39,055 nt of DNA from a virus (lineage: Duplodnaviria; Caudoviricetes), in IMG/VR virus record IMGVR_UViG_3300050145_000009, positions 1 to 39,055 of that record. One strand, given 5' to 3'. The notes under the pieces are model-generated. The model did not search any database. It was not told the DNA's origin and worked only from the letters and a program-made list of their open reading frames with translations. Position numbers and translations under genes: made by a program. The number at the start of each line of letters is the position of its first letter. The first letter of the stretch is position 1. Below, one piece after another: positions 9,464-17,858 of this stretch.

Positions 9464-9840
9464 ACCCTATTTCAGTCGCAACAGTAGTCGCCGCAATGAT
9501 GGTGGGCCAACAATTGGCTCCATATGCGGCTGCTTACTCCGTGATCTTCGTCGGATCATTTGCTGGCGCTGTGATTGCATTGTGGCGACGCGAACCAGCG
9601 TCTAGGGTTGGCGGCTTGGGCTATGCGACCGTTTTGATGCTGCTTTCAATTGGCTGCACTGTTGGGGTTTCTGGTTTCGTGGCTGACCTTATCGGTAAGC
9701 CTTCGGCGTGGCTTTTCTTCCCGGTGGCTGTTGCGCTGTCTGCCATCGGTGAGGATTGGGTATCTATCGGCAAATGGGCCGTGGGTGTTTTGCGTGACGT
9801 AATCCAGCGCAAGGCGGGAGCGGCAAATGGTAATGACTGA
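9445..9840 (+). CDS. Putative holin
   Basis: 131 aa from ATG 9445; 3-4 hydrophobic segments and a charged C-terminus; upstream of the endolysin. Confidence 0.6.
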   Translation: MQEPNLDPISVATVVAAMMVGQQLAPYAAAYSVIFVGSFAGAVIALWRREPASRVGGLGYATVLMLLSIGCTVGVSGFVADLIGKPSAWLFFPVAVALSAIGEDWVSIGKWAVGVLRDVIQRKAGAANGND

Positions 9841-10162
9841 AGCGGGCTTGATCGTGGCGGCTATCGTGGCCCTTCTATGCCGCATTAACGCGATGAAATC
9901 AGGACAGACACAGAATATAGTGTTCGCCCAGCATTTCGCGCTTGTAGTGGCTCTATTCGTGTCCCTGTTCGTGCCGATTGAGTACGCAAAGACGTGCATT
10001 CTATTCGGCGTTGTTTCGTTTCTCGGCATGGGCGCGCATCGCTGGAAACACGGCGCGCCAGCAGGGACATTGAACAAGCGAGAACCAATCCCGCTTACCC
10101 GCGTTCAGTTGCATTCAGTCTATGGGGGGCAATCTGATGTTCACGCTATCCGACAAAAGTAA
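9827..10162 (+). CDS. Membrane protein in the lysis cassette (holin/antiholin-like)
   Basis: Three hydrophobic segments; RWKHGAP C-terminal motif; between the holin candidate and the endolysin. Confidence 0.55.
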   Translation: MVMTEAGLIVAAIVALLCRINAMKSGQTQNIVFAQHFALVVALFVSLFVPIEYAKTCILFGVVSFLGMGAHRWKHGAPAGTLNKREPIPLTRVQLHSVYGGQSDVHAIRQK

Positions 10163-10520
10163 GTCACGCCTAACCGGTGTGCATCCTGACCTAGTGCGCG
10201 TTGTGGAGCGTGCTTTGCAGCTTTCCAAAGTTGACTTTGCAGTCACTGAGGGTTTGCGCTCGGCAGAACGTCAGGCGCAGCTCTACGCGGCTGGCGCGAG
10301 CCAAATCAAGTCAGGCGGTCGGCACCAGACCGGCCATGCGGTAGACCTTGCCCCCATCATCGGCGGAAAGATCGCATGGGACTGGCCTCCGTTCTTCAAG
10401 ATCGCTGAGGCTATGAAAGCGGCTTCGGCTGAATTGAACGTGCCGCTAACCTGGGGCGGTGATTGGAAATCGTTTAAGGACGGCCCGCATTTCGAGCTGC
10501 CTGCAAAGTTCTATCCGTGA
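10137..10520 (+). CDS. Endolysin, peptidase M15 family (L-Ala-D-Glu peptidase-like)
   Basis: LTGVHPDL..V, TEGLRS.ERQ..LY, H..GHAVD and WGGDW..FKDGPHFEL zinc-peptidase motifs. Confidence 0.92.
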   Translation: MFTLSDKSKSRLTGVHPDLVRVVERALQLSKVDFAVTEGLRSAERQAQLYAAGASQIKSGGRHQTGHAVDLAPIIGGKIAWDWPPFFKIAEAMKAASAELNVPLTWGGDWKSFKDGPHFELPAKFYP

Positions 10521-10924
10521 TTCGCGAATACGTATATATCGCCGTCTTGCTGGCCTCATTCGCTGGCGGGTATGCAACGCATCGCTACATTGCCAACGCT
10601 GAAGCCACGCAGACGGCGCTAGAACAAAGTGAGACAAACCGTGAATCAGAACGCCTCGCAAGCCAATCACAAGCCCGCATCACAGACAAGCTCACGGCTG
10701 ACCGCATCGCTACTGAGCGCCAGTCTCGCGCTATGTCTGACCGCTTGCGCAAGCTCGCCGACGAAACCCCCACGCCTGCCGGATGTGCCTCAAGAAATGA
10801 TGATTCCCGCCCAGCCGCAGGGGTACTTTCAGACGCAACTAGAGAAAATCTTGAGCGACTTGCCCGAGAAGCCGACGAAGTGAACGACCGATTAGCTGCC
10901 TGTCAGCGTAGGCTTGACCTTTGA
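10517..10924 (+). CDS. Rz: Inner-membrane spanin (Rz-like)
   Basis: N-terminal TM helix, coiled coil, C-terminal LAREADE...RLAACQ; follows the endolysin. Confidence 0.8.
   Translation: MIREYVYIAVLLASFAGGYATHRYIANAEATQTALEQSETNRESERLASQSQARITDKLTADRIATERQSRAMSDRLRKLADETPTPAGCASRNDDSRPAAGVLSDATRENLERLAREADEVNDRLAACQRRLDL
10629..10883 (+). CDS. Rz1: Outer-membrane spanin lipoprotein (Rz1-like), nested in the +1 frame
   Basis: Hydrophobic stretch ending in lipobox LTAC, then a Pro-rich mature part; fully inside Rz; true start probably downstream of 10629. Confidence 0.75.
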   Translation: MRQTVNQNASQANHKPASQTSSRLTASLLSASLALCLTACASSPTKPPRLPDVPQEMMIPAQPQGYFQTQLEKILSDLPEKPTK

Positions 10925-11224
10925 CTAATGGTTATTCGCATCCAAGCGAGTCAGCAGGGTATAAACAACGCACCTCATCTGCGAATCAGGCCCGCACTCG
11001 GCATACCGCTTGGCAATCATCAGTGCAAACTCGTAGCCAGCCTGCCCAGAGAAGTCTGAGAACTCGCCGGCGTACTCGGCAAGCAGTTCCGCAATAGGCG
11101 ACGATGGCGCACTTTCCCAGCTGCTGTACATTGCAGAGCCGCACGAGTTGCATTCAAGAATTGTAGATTTATGCGCAGCATGGTCGCCACATGCTGCGCA
11201 ATGCAGCAGCGCTTTTTTATTCAT
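10925..11224 (-). CDS. Hypothetical protein with a Zn-ribbon (CxxC..CxxC)
   Basis: CAACG and CNSCG motifs; ATGA overlap with the upstream gene. Confidence 0.6.
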   Translation of the reverse strand: MNKKALLHCAACGDHAAHKSTILECNSCGSAMYSSWESAPSSPIAELLAEYAGEFSDFSGQAGYEFALMIAKRYAECGPDSQMRCVVYTLLTRLDANNH

Positions 11225-11505
11225 TCTTCACTCCTTAGTTGCAGCGCACTTTTAACGCTGTTTACTACTTCAATGCGGCCATTCCATGCCGCGTGAAGCT
11301 CTACCTGATCCGGCGTCAGCTTTTGCGCCGATGGCGGCTTAGAACCGTCTTTCACCTCGACCAGCACGTTAACACCGTCACGCCCAATGACTAGATCGGG
11401 GAATCCCTGACCTACAGCAGACATGACGGCTACAGACCAGCCAGCATCGCGCAGGGCCTGCACAATCTCAGGCTGATTCGCGTCAATCTTCGCTGCGCGG
11501 CGCAT
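11221..11505 (-). CDS. VRR-NUC / PD-(D/E)xK family small endonuclease
   Basis: MRRAAKIDANQPEIV.ALR..G, GFPDL, LVEVKDG, KLTPDQ. Confidence 0.8.
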   Translation of the reverse strand: MRRAAKIDANQPEIVQALRDAGWSVAVMSAVGQGFPDLVIGRDGVNVLVEVKDGSKPPSAQKLTPDQVELHAAWNGRIEVVNSVKSALQLRSEE

Positions 11506-11737
11506 CGTCAATCTCAAATGGCACGCGCTGGGCCGTGAACACTTCCGCGCCAGTCTCGGAGTAGCCACACACGCGAATCAGGCCGGCATTGTGCAGCGTC
11601 TTCACATGCGCAGCCACCGTGCCGCGATCATAGCCAGTCAGGCCCTCAAGATTGGCTCGCGTGCGTGGCTCCCACATGAGTAGGCTCATTGTGTCTACGA
11701 TCTTGTCCAGCATCGTGCCGGTGCGCGGGGTTCCCAT
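11483..11737 (-). CDS. Small winged-helix DNA-binding protein
   Basis: TRANLEGLTGYDRGTVAAHVKTLHNAGLI HTH-like pattern. Confidence 0.6.
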   Translation of the reverse strand: MGTPRTGTMLDKIVDTMSLLMWEPRTRANLEGLTGYDRGTVAAHVKTLHNAGLIRVCGYSETGAEVFTAQRVPFEIDDAPRSED

Positions 11738-12216
11738 TACTTCACTGCCTTCACGGTTTCCAATCCTTTTACTTTACTTCCGCGCTTCCATGCGTCAATC
11801 CGGCGTTGCATCATCTCTTCAGCCTGAAAAAACTGCTGATGCGTGACGCCTTGAAGGATAGCAGAGTAGTCCTCAGCAAACCCGCGAAGCTCGGCAAGTT
11901 CTGCCGCACGCAACGCAATCTTTCCTTCAATCTGGCGTTCCATGATTGCAAGGATGGTCGCTTGCAGCGAATCCACAACTTCCGCGCCATGAGCCAGCTT
12001 CAGGCGCACGAACATTTCAGTCATTGACGTTGCCCGCATGATCGGCGTCCAGACGGCTTTATCAACCTCCCCGCGTGATAGCGAGTCAATTGAAGCCACC
12101 AGCTCGGCTGTGCGGCTTAGAACGTCGTCTGTCCCCAGCAGCATCGCGCCACGCATGCCGATAAGAAACGCCAGCGGGTTAACGTGCTTCGGCGTGTACT
12201 TCTTGCGCTTGCTCAT
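11737..12216 (-). CDS. Hypothetical phage protein
   Basis: 159 aa, basic N-terminus, coupled start/stop overlaps. Confidence 0.7.
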   Translation of the reverse strand: MSKRKKYTPKHVNPLAFLIGMRGAMLLGTDDVLSRTAELVASIDSLSRGEVDKAVWTPIMRATSMTEMFVRLKLAHGAEVVDSLQATILAIMERQIEGKIALRAAELAELRGFAEDYSAILQGVTHQQFFQAEEMMQRRIDAWKRGSKVKGLETVKAVK

Positions 12217-12809
12217 GCTGCAATCAGGCCAAATGGGTCATTGGCTGCAAGAAAAGACAACCGCTCAACAGCCCGCGATTCACGCGCCAGCTTAGACGCA
12301 CGATAGCGCTTTGCCTTTTCAGATGCCGACAATGGCGGCTTGCGACTGGCATCACGGCCTTGCCCCCAAATGTGGCGCGGCTCTTTTCCTGCGTAGGTTT
12401 GAATCCGCGTCAATCCGTGCTTGCGAAGCATGGCGAGAATCTGCTGGGCATTGCGGCGCGTAATCCCCATGATGATGGCTAGCTCTTCGCTGGTAGCAGT
12501 GTGCTTAACGGCCTCAACCACGCGCATAAACTCGCGCAGTGAATGGGTCGGCTTTGGGGCGGATTGTGCGCGATTCTTGCGCTCCTTGACGGACTCGCCT
12601 TCACCATAGCGCCAAGTTCGCACGCCGAATTGACCATGCACTCGGCAGATGTGAACCATGCCGTACAGCTCAAGCGTTTTGAGCGTGTTTGAAACGTAGG
12701 TTGAGCAAACGCCTAGCTCTGCCTGAATTTCAAGCGATGTTTTGTCGTCTTGCATAAGAAGAGCAATCATCCGCATGATCGGCTGGTAGCCGTGTGACTT
12801 GTTTTTCAT
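12213..12809 (-). CDS. Protein with two winged-HTH-like segments
   Basis: From ATG 12809 (MKNKSHG, GGAG RBS); TSLEIQAELGVCSTYVSNTLKTL and TSEELAIIMGITRRNAQQILAML. Confidence 0.65.
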   Translation of the reverse strand: MKNKSHGYQPIMRMIALLMQDDKTSLEIQAELGVCSTYVSNTLKTLELYGMVHICRVHGQFGVRTWRYGEGESVKERKNRAQSAPKPTHSLREFMRVVEAVKHTATSEELAIIMGITRRNAQQILAMLRKHGLTRIQTYAGKEPRHIWGQGRDASRKPPLSASEKAKRYRASKLARESRAVERLSFLAANDPFGLIAA

Positions 12810-13846
12810 TTTTGCTCCAACACTTCGGGAAAGATGTTCCAGTCTTTGCGGCGGCGAGCCATGAGCTCTTGATACTTCTGGTAGGCGTGGCTCTTTGTCG
12901 GAGAGAAGCCAAGCCCCTTGCACCAGTAGTCGTTACGCAAAAACGTCTTGCAGACCTTGCGCCAGCTAGGCACCTTTCCGGCAGACTCCAAACGAACTTC
13001 GGCGCTATCAGGAATGCCAGCATCGTAACCTCGCTTTGACCACCACTTGATATAGACGGCCAGCTTGTTTTTGTAGTGCTCCGATGTTTTCGGCGGCATT
13101 GTTGTCAGCAGGTAGCGAGCAAAGCTCTCGTAGTTGTGGCCCGCTGGAAGTGAAATGTGATGATTGCCAAGAACAGCGCCCTTCTCTTGGCAATAGAGTG
13201 CGCCAGTGTTCGCGCCAGCAACGCGCAGACACACCTTGGCCCACATCGCGGGATCGACAACAGAGTAAAGCCACAAGCCTTTGCGTGCTTCGTCGCCGAA
13301 CGGCTCACAAATTCGCATCTGGCTAATCTTCAGGCCAGCTTGGTACATACGGTCATAGAGACGGTTGTATGGCTTCTGCTCTTTGGCAAAGTACGTCCAG
13401 ATATCTTCAGTGCGCCAATCGTAGATTGGGTACACATTCCACACGTCATCAATGCACAGCGTCGTCCATGCCAAGTCGTCATACTTGGCCTTTTTGTCGC
13501 TGGCCACGGTGCGGAAGCGGTTAAGACTTTCATCGGCGCGGATGCCGACAAAGCACGCGCACTTCTCGCCTTGTGCATACCACTGGCCGAAAGCTGGCAC
13601 AAACTCTTCAAACGGCATTTCAGGGTAGTAAAACGGGAAAACTGACGGGTCGGTAATGCTCATTTGGTCAGGCTGACGCACCCAAAGATCACGCTTATTT
13701 TCGTCCCATGCCGTCCATTCAGGCTCGCCCGCAAACGGGCTGTGCTTGTGAATTTCCTCGCGGATTGCGTTGATAGCGTTGACCTTATCGTCAAGCTCCA
13801 TGTTTGCCAGTGCGTGAGCAACTAGCGCGTTGATTGCATCAATCAT
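12806..13846 (-). CDS. Chimera of the IbrB/YbdM N-terminus and the IbrA/YbdN (PAPS-reductase-like, DUF3440) C-terminal part; likely a deletion derivative
   Basis: N-terminal DDKVNAINAIREEIHKHSPFAGEP resembles YbdM; the rest has VGIRADESLNRF, YPIYDW, MRICEPFG and PSWRKVCK..LRNDYWC of YbdN; no SGGKDS loop. Confidence 0.8.
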   Translation of the reverse strand: MIDAINALVAHALANMELDDKVNAINAIREEIHKHSPFAGEPEWTAWDENKRDLWVRQPDQMSITDPSVFPFYYPEMPFEEFVPAFGQWYAQGEKCACFVGIRADESLNRFRTVASDKKAKYDDLAWTTLCIDDVWNVYPIYDWRTEDIWTYFAKEQKPYNRLYDRMYQAGLKISQMRICEPFGDEARKGLWLYSVVDPAMWAKVCLRVAGANTGALYCQEKGAVLGNHHISLPAGHNYESFARYLLTTMPPKTSEHYKNKLAVYIKWWSKRGYDAGIPDSAEVRLESAGKVPSWRKVCKTFLRNDYWCKGLGFSPTKSHAYQKYQELMARRRKDWNIFPEVLEQK

Positions 13847-13866
13847 GCGTTTCTCCTTGTGCTGCT

Positions 13867-13929
13867 ATTCTGGCGCAGCCTAGACCGCGCCGTGATTGTC
13901 TTTAGCTATCGCGCTGCTTTTCCTCATTG
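13867..13929 (-). promoter_or_regulatory. Degenerate member of the repeated promoter family
   Basis: Minus strand GATAG-ctaaaga-CAAT...CAGAAT, then ACAAGGAGA RBS; poor -35. Confidence 0.45.
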
Positions 13930-14213
13930 ATCTGGTATTGGCTGACACGAGCCATGCCAAATTCAGGCGCAGGAACGATTGGGCATTCCGGCTCGGATTC
14001 CAGCAGCTCGCACAGCTTGCGCAGATGGTGCGCAGCCTTGCGAATGTCCTGATCCCCGCCCTTTTGCTTCTCACGGGCTAGGTACGCGATCACAACGCCC
14101 TTGTGATAGCCGCGCAGCTCTTCAGGCGTCATCCATGCGTCTAGCGCGTCCCACGGCTGGACGGCCATAGATGAATAGTGGCTTCCGCCGACTTGTGTTT
14201 CTCGTGCGCTCAT
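13902..14213 (-). CDS. DUF3310 (SaV-like) protein
   Basis: QVGGSHY....VQPWD...G.....Y..R...KGG..DIRKA.H. Confidence 0.85.
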   Translation of the reverse strand: MSARETQVGGSHYSSMAVQPWDALDAWMTPEELRGYHKGVVIAYLAREKQKGGDQDIRKAAHHLRKLCELLESEPECPIVPAPEFGMARVSQYQINEEKQRDS

Positions 14214-15379
14214 TTGTTTCCCTCAATCATGCCAATGTCACAGCGGTGGCGTTCGACCTCGCCATGTTCTGAATCGTACACAATGCAGAGCATGTCACGC
14301 CCTGCTCGATAGCCATATCCAGCAGCGTATGCGTCCTTTGCGGCCAGCGTGCGGAATGACTCGCACACGACGCCTGGAAACTCCTTGACGCTCTGATGGT
14401 GGACGTGGCCGGTCAGCCAATAGCGATGCCGCGTCTGCCCCCACCATTCCGCCCTGTCAGCCGCCATGATGCCGGGCAGTTGCTCATGCCGCGACTTGTC
14501 TCCGTGCGTGGCTCCAATCAGCGTCTTGCCGTGCTTGTAAAACCAATGCGCAGCCGGTGACAGGTCAACCGCGATACACGGGTCGGACTCAAAGTACGCG
14601 CTGATGGTCAAAGCCAGCGCCCACACCGCATGTGGATCGTGATTTCCGCCAACGAATCGCACAATGACGCGCCCGTGCTTTTCCTTCATGCGCAGGATGG
14701 CGTGACGGTACGTTGCAATACCAATGCGCAAAACACGCACATAGCGCGAATCAACGTCTAGAGCGTGCTTGTGCGCTGGCGTCTGGTGCGTCGTGTCGTC
14801 AGCGTGGAAAACGTCGCCCAGCGGAATCAGGATAGCCGTAGACGCGGCTGGCGCAGCATTCACAAGCCGGTCAACAGCGGCCAGCGTGATATCACGTGCC
14901 TTGTCTGTATCGAAGTCGTCGCCAGCCTCTTCGGCCCAGGCGTACATCCCGAAGTGTGGGTCACCCATAGGATAGACGGCCAATAGGCTTTCTAGCGTCT
15001 TCTTTGGCGGCTTTGCAATTGGAGCAAGACCCTTGACGCTAGACGAAAGCTCTGCAATTGCCTCGCGCACAATGGCTTCGCGCTGGTCTTTATCAACGTC
15101 AGCCTTGACCCATTGCCCTGCAAGCTGGCCGTCTTTGTTGTAGTAGCTGCTCACACCCTTTGCAATGTGCGTAGGCGGCACGGCCTTCGTCCAGTCATGC
15201 TCAGGGCTCACGCCACGCAACGCGGCTTTCTTTTTCAGCGCCTTGATGGTCTTGCAGAAGTTGGAGTGGTCAATGCCCATTGCCTTAGCTGCGGCCCGCA
15301 TGCTTCCATGCTTGCGCAGCGCGGCCAGCTTGTCTAGCTGTGATGCGGTGGCAAACTCTGTCAGGTAGTCATAGCTCAT
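14210..15379 (-). CDS. Calcineurin-like metallophosphoesterase with N-terminal HTH
   Basis: GDPHFG, LGDVFH, GNHD, THGD and GHVHH motifs; N-terminal GSMRAAAKAMGI. Confidence 0.85.
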   Translation of the reverse strand: MSYDYLTEFATASQLDKLAALRKHGSMRAAAKAMGIDHSNFCKTIKALKKKAALRGVSPEHDWTKAVPPTHIAKGVSSYYNKDGQLAGQWVKADVDKDQREAIVREAIAELSSSVKGLAPIAKPPKKTLESLLAVYPMGDPHFGMYAWAEEAGDDFDTDKARDITLAAVDRLVNAAPAASTAILIPLGDVFHADDTTHQTPAHKHALDVDSRYVRVLRIGIATYRHAILRMKEKHGRVIVRFVGGNHDPHAVWALALTISAYFESDPCIAVDLSPAAHWFYKHGKTLIGATHGDKSRHEQLPGIMAADRAEWWGQTRHRYWLTGHVHHQSVKEFPGVVCESFRTLAAKDAYAAGYGYRAGRDMLCIVYDSEHGEVERHRCDIGMIEGNK

Positions 15380-15573
15380 TGTTTCCCCTTGAATTCACCG
15401 CAAACATCGTCGTTTGCAACGTCTGGAAATAGCGACAACGGCTCTACCCCGTTATCTCCGTCAACCGTGATGACCTGTGGCGGATAGCGCACGCAGTTTC
15501 CAAATCCGAGCGCTATGCTTCCGTCGATGTGCTGAAGATAGAACTTGCAGCCTGCGCATGATTCGCCATTCAT
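15376..15573 (-). CDS. Small Cys-rich hypothetical protein
   Basis: C..C.FY ... C.RYPP ... FP.V...D.CGEF pattern. Confidence 0.7.
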   Translation of the reverse strand: MNGESCAGCKFYLQHIDGSIALGFGNCVRYPPQVITVDGDNGVEPLSLFPDVANDDVCGEFKGKQ

Positions 15574-15764
15574 CGCGCCTCCGCAAACTTGTCCACCATG
15601 CCGCGCTTACACAAGACAATCACCATTCTTCGCGACGGATACGCGAACACGTCCCAAGCCTGCTGGAAACGCTCTTTCCATGTCATCGGCTCAATTTGCC
15701 ACAACTCATAGTTGTCGGCATCTGCTGCCGCAAAAAAGTCGGCTTCTATCTGTATGAATCGCAT
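15570..15764 (-). CDS. Hypothetical protein
   Basis: ATG 15764 with AGGAG RBS; overlaps both neighbours. Confidence 0.55.
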   Translation of the reverse strand: MRFIQIEADFFAAADADNYELWQIEPMTWKERFQQAWDVFAYPSRRMVIVLCKRGMVDKFAEAR

Positions 15765-15961
15765 CACTTCTCCTTTACATGGCGCGGGCACACCATGAAC
15801 CCGCTGCGACGATCTTTGCGCCATCCCTCCGTAGAAGGAACATGGCACTTGCAGAGCATGCAGTATTTCATTACTCCAGTGCCTGCGTATGTTTGATTGC
15901 CCGTGTATTTCTCGCCAGTTGTCAGAATGGCGGGAGGTGCGGACGGTTGGAAAAGACTCAT
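15764..15961 (-). CDS. Hypothetical small Cys/His protein
   Basis: CMLCKCH and CPRH motifs; TGATG coupling to the next gene. Confidence 0.55.
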   Translation of the reverse strand: MSLFQPSAPPAILTTGEKYTGNQTYAGTGVMKYCMLCKCHVPSTEGWRKDRRSGFMVCPRHVKEK

Positions 15962-15962
15962 G

Positions 15963-16047
15963 AAAAAATAACCCCGTTGCCGGGTCGCTTAGGGTGAAGG
16001 AGTTGCACCAGCGTTATCCGGCAACAGCCTTTCGGCCTATTGGGGCA
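15963..16047 (-). ncRNA. Candidate structured RNA / attenuator
   Basis: Intergenic three-way junction: GCCCC/GGGGT, GGCC-GAAA-GGCT, GTTGCCGG/CCGGCAAC; apical loop CAACTCCTT; 3' T-tract. Confidence 0.5.
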
Positions 16048-16060
16048 AGTGCCAAGCGTA

Positions 16061-16201
16061 TCACAGTTTTGCTTTGATGATTGACAGAATCCAGCGTTGA
16101 AGCCGTTTGCCGTCGATCTCGATTTTGTCTTTGAGCGAAGAGTGCCCGCAACAAATCACGCCGTCCTTTTGCTCAATCCAGACTGGGCCGATGCGGATCA
16201 T
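16061..16201 (-). CDS. Small hypothetical protein
   Basis: MIRIGPVWIEQ..., 46 aa; GGAGG RBS; ATGA overlap. Confidence 0.55.
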   Translation of the reverse strand: MIRIGPVWIEQKDGVICCGHSSLKDKIEIDGKRLQRWILSIIKAKL

Positions 16202-16428
16202 TCGCTGACCTCCGGTGGCGGTGGGAGTGGCATCCAATGGGTTGGAACGTAGCCAACTAGATGAATTGGCATAGAGGTCATGCACTCATCGCTATGCCAC
16301 TCCAGCTCTTGCCCCAACTGGTAGCCCATCAAACACATGGCGTCATAAGCTCCGGCGGAGCAAATGCACCACAAAAGTACACGCTTACCATCTTTTGGCG
16401 CAGTCGCAATCGGTTGCCAAGCGCTCAT
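16198..16428 (-). CDS. DUF551-like protein
   Basis: WQPIATAPKDG...PTHWMPLPPPP. Confidence 0.85.
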   Translation of the reverse strand: MSAWQPIATAPKDGKRVLLWCICSAGAYDAMCLMGYQLGQELEWHSDECMTSMPIHLVGYVPTHWMPLPPPPEVSE

Positions 16429-16724
16429 TGCTGGCCTCCGGTAGCTTTAGCGATGGCAGCGCGCGCTTGTTCAAGCCACTTCTGTTCCTTTACTTCTTGA
16501 AGTAGCGTTTCTGCTGGCTCGTCATGCGTGCGCACCAAGAGAATCAATGCATCAAGCAGCTCAGGCGCGGCGGCGATCAGGCGGGCATTTGCTCCGGCAC
16601 GCTCCTGCGAATCGACAATGGAAAGTCGCTCGGCTGCATTGACAGAGCAAACTCGGTGCGAGCCCTGGAATACATTGCTTCCGTTGCGCACAACCCACGG
16701 GCCTTTTGTGTGCTTCGCGCTCAT
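16425..16724 (-). CDS. Hypothetical phage protein (HTPGPW / AAAPELL type)
   Basis: KHTKGPW...ANARLIAAAPELL...ARAAIAKATG. Confidence 0.8.
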   Translation of the reverse strand: MSAKHTKGPWVVRNGSNVFQGSHRVCSVNAAERLSIVDSQERAGANARLIAAAPELLDALILLVRTHDEPAETLLQEVKEQKWLEQARAAIAKATGGQQ

Positions 16725-17044
16725 CGCTGCGACTCCCCGTTAGCTGCTGCGATGGCTGCGCGAGGCTCCTTGAGCAACTCGGCAATGTCGTATTCTCCGC
16801 CGTCTCGGTTTGCCGCACGCATTGCGCTTTCTGCAAGCTCAACCAGGCTTTGCAGCTCTTCAAGCAACTTTGGAGCTGCTGCAAACATATGCGGCCCGTA
16901 GATGCCGAAGTAGCCAGACACGCGGAAGTAGGCATCCAGCGGCATTGCTGCCTCAAACTGAAACTTGCGTTGACTGTAGTTGTCAATGCTGTATTGGCCA
17001 GGCTCGCTGGTGCAAATGACGCGAAGTTCTCCTGAATCGTTCAT
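16721..17044 (-). CDS. Hypothetical phage protein (AAAPxLL type)
   Basis: FAAAPKLLE...RAAIAAA; strong AAGGAGA RBS. Confidence 0.75.
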   Translation of the reverse strand: MNDSGELRVICTSEPGQYSIDNYSQRKFQFEAAMPLDAYFRVSGYFGIYGPHMFAAAPKLLEELQSLVELAESAMRAANRDGGEYDIAELLKEPRAAIAAANGESQR

Positions 17045-17070
17045 GTCGTTCTCCTTGTTGCGATGAGTGA

Positions 17071-17133
17071 ACTTTAGCGGCGACTGGTGCGCGATGCCAA
17101 TTGCATTTACCTATCGCTCAACCGTTTTGATAG
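17071..17133 (-). promoter_or_regulatory. Sigma70-like promoter with an upstream CTATC-N13-GATAG-N7-CAAT box
   Basis: TTGGCA-N18-TAAAGT; 17050-17081 matches 25895-25926 at 31 of 32 nt (opposite strand). Confidence 0.7.
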
Positions 17134-17853
17134 CATTTTGAATGCAAGTGCTGCCACTCCAGGAACTTGCCCATTCCCAACTGATTTAAGTCTGTCCACC
17201 CGATGGGCCACCCCATCATCCATTCGGTGAATTCTGGATGAATCTTGCCACCAACGTGAGTCGCAAGCGTGGGCGTTTTTCTCGTGTATTCCGCTGGGTA
17301 GGCTCCCTCTTTGGCGTTGTGACAAGTTGGAGTCGGCAGCAACGACCCATATTCTGTCGCGCTCATGATTGGCCCCAATGCTGGCTGCTGATATGCAACC
17401 CCATTCAGAGTCATACCCCATCGCGGCCAGGTCTCCAAGCACGACCCCGAGCCCTCGACTAGTGAGCCTTGGGGAATTTTCCACGAGCGCGAAAGCGGGT
17501 CGAACTTCGCCAATGATTCGCGCCATGTGACCCCACATGCTGGAGCGCTCGCCTGCAATTCCTGCTCCCTTTCCTGCGCTGCTGATGTCTTGGCACGGAA
17601 ACCCGCCAGACACCACGTCAACACATCCTCGGAACGCTGCGCCGTCAAAAGTCCGAACGTCATCCCAGATCGGGAAAGGCGGGAGAAGTCCTTCATTTTG
17701 TCGCTGGGCAAGTACAGATGCTTGGTAGGGCATCCATTCAACGGCTGCGACTGTTCGCCATCCAAGCAAGTGGCCTCCAAGGATTCCACCGCCAGCTCCA
17801 GCGAACAACGCGAGTTCTCGTAAGCCATCATCAGGGCATTGCTTATCATCCAT
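17107..17853 (-). CDS. C5 cytosine DNA methyltransferase, large (alpha-like) chain
   Basis: Motif I LFAGAGG, IV GGFPCQD, VI VENSP, VIII HERDRIW, X GNGQV; motif IX not evident in this frame. Confidence 0.9.
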   Translation of the reverse strand: MDDKQCPDDGLRELALFAGAGGGILGGHLLGWRTVAAVEWMPYQASVLAQRQNEGLLPPFPIWDDVRTFDGAAFRGCVDVVSGGFPCQDISSAGKGAGIAGERSSMWGHMARIIGEVRPAFALVENSPRLTSRGLGVVLGDLAAMGYDSEWGCISAASIGANHERDRIWVVAADSNLSQRQRGSLPSGIHEKNAHACDSRWWQDSSRIHRMDDGVAHRVDRLKSVGNGQVPGVAALAFKMLSKRLSDR

Positions 17854-17858
17854 GCCAT
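17118..17858 (-). CDS. Alternative-frame methyltransferase partner (beta-like chain carrying motif IX)
   Basis: 246-aa same-strand overlapping ORF ending LPTP...LATHVGGKIHPEFTEWMMGWPIGWTDL; shares the AGGAG RBS. Confidence 0.65.
   Translation of the reverse strand: MAWMISNALMMAYENSRCSLELAVESLEATCLDGEQSQPLNGCPTKHLYLPSDKMKDFSRLSRSGMTFGLLTAQRSEDVLTWCLAGFRAKTSAAQEREQELQASAPACGVTWRESLAKFDPLSRSWKIPQGSLVEGSGSCLETWPRWGMTLNGVAYQQPALGPIMSATEYGSLLPTPTCHNAKEGAYPAEYTRKTPTLATHVGGKIHPEFTEWMMGWPIGWTDLNQLGMGKFLEWQHLHSKCYQNG

Noticed and set aside
12809-12923. N-terminal extension of ORF 12213..12923
   Set aside because: Overlaps the end of the ibr chimera; ATG 12809 has its own RBS and an ATGA overlap
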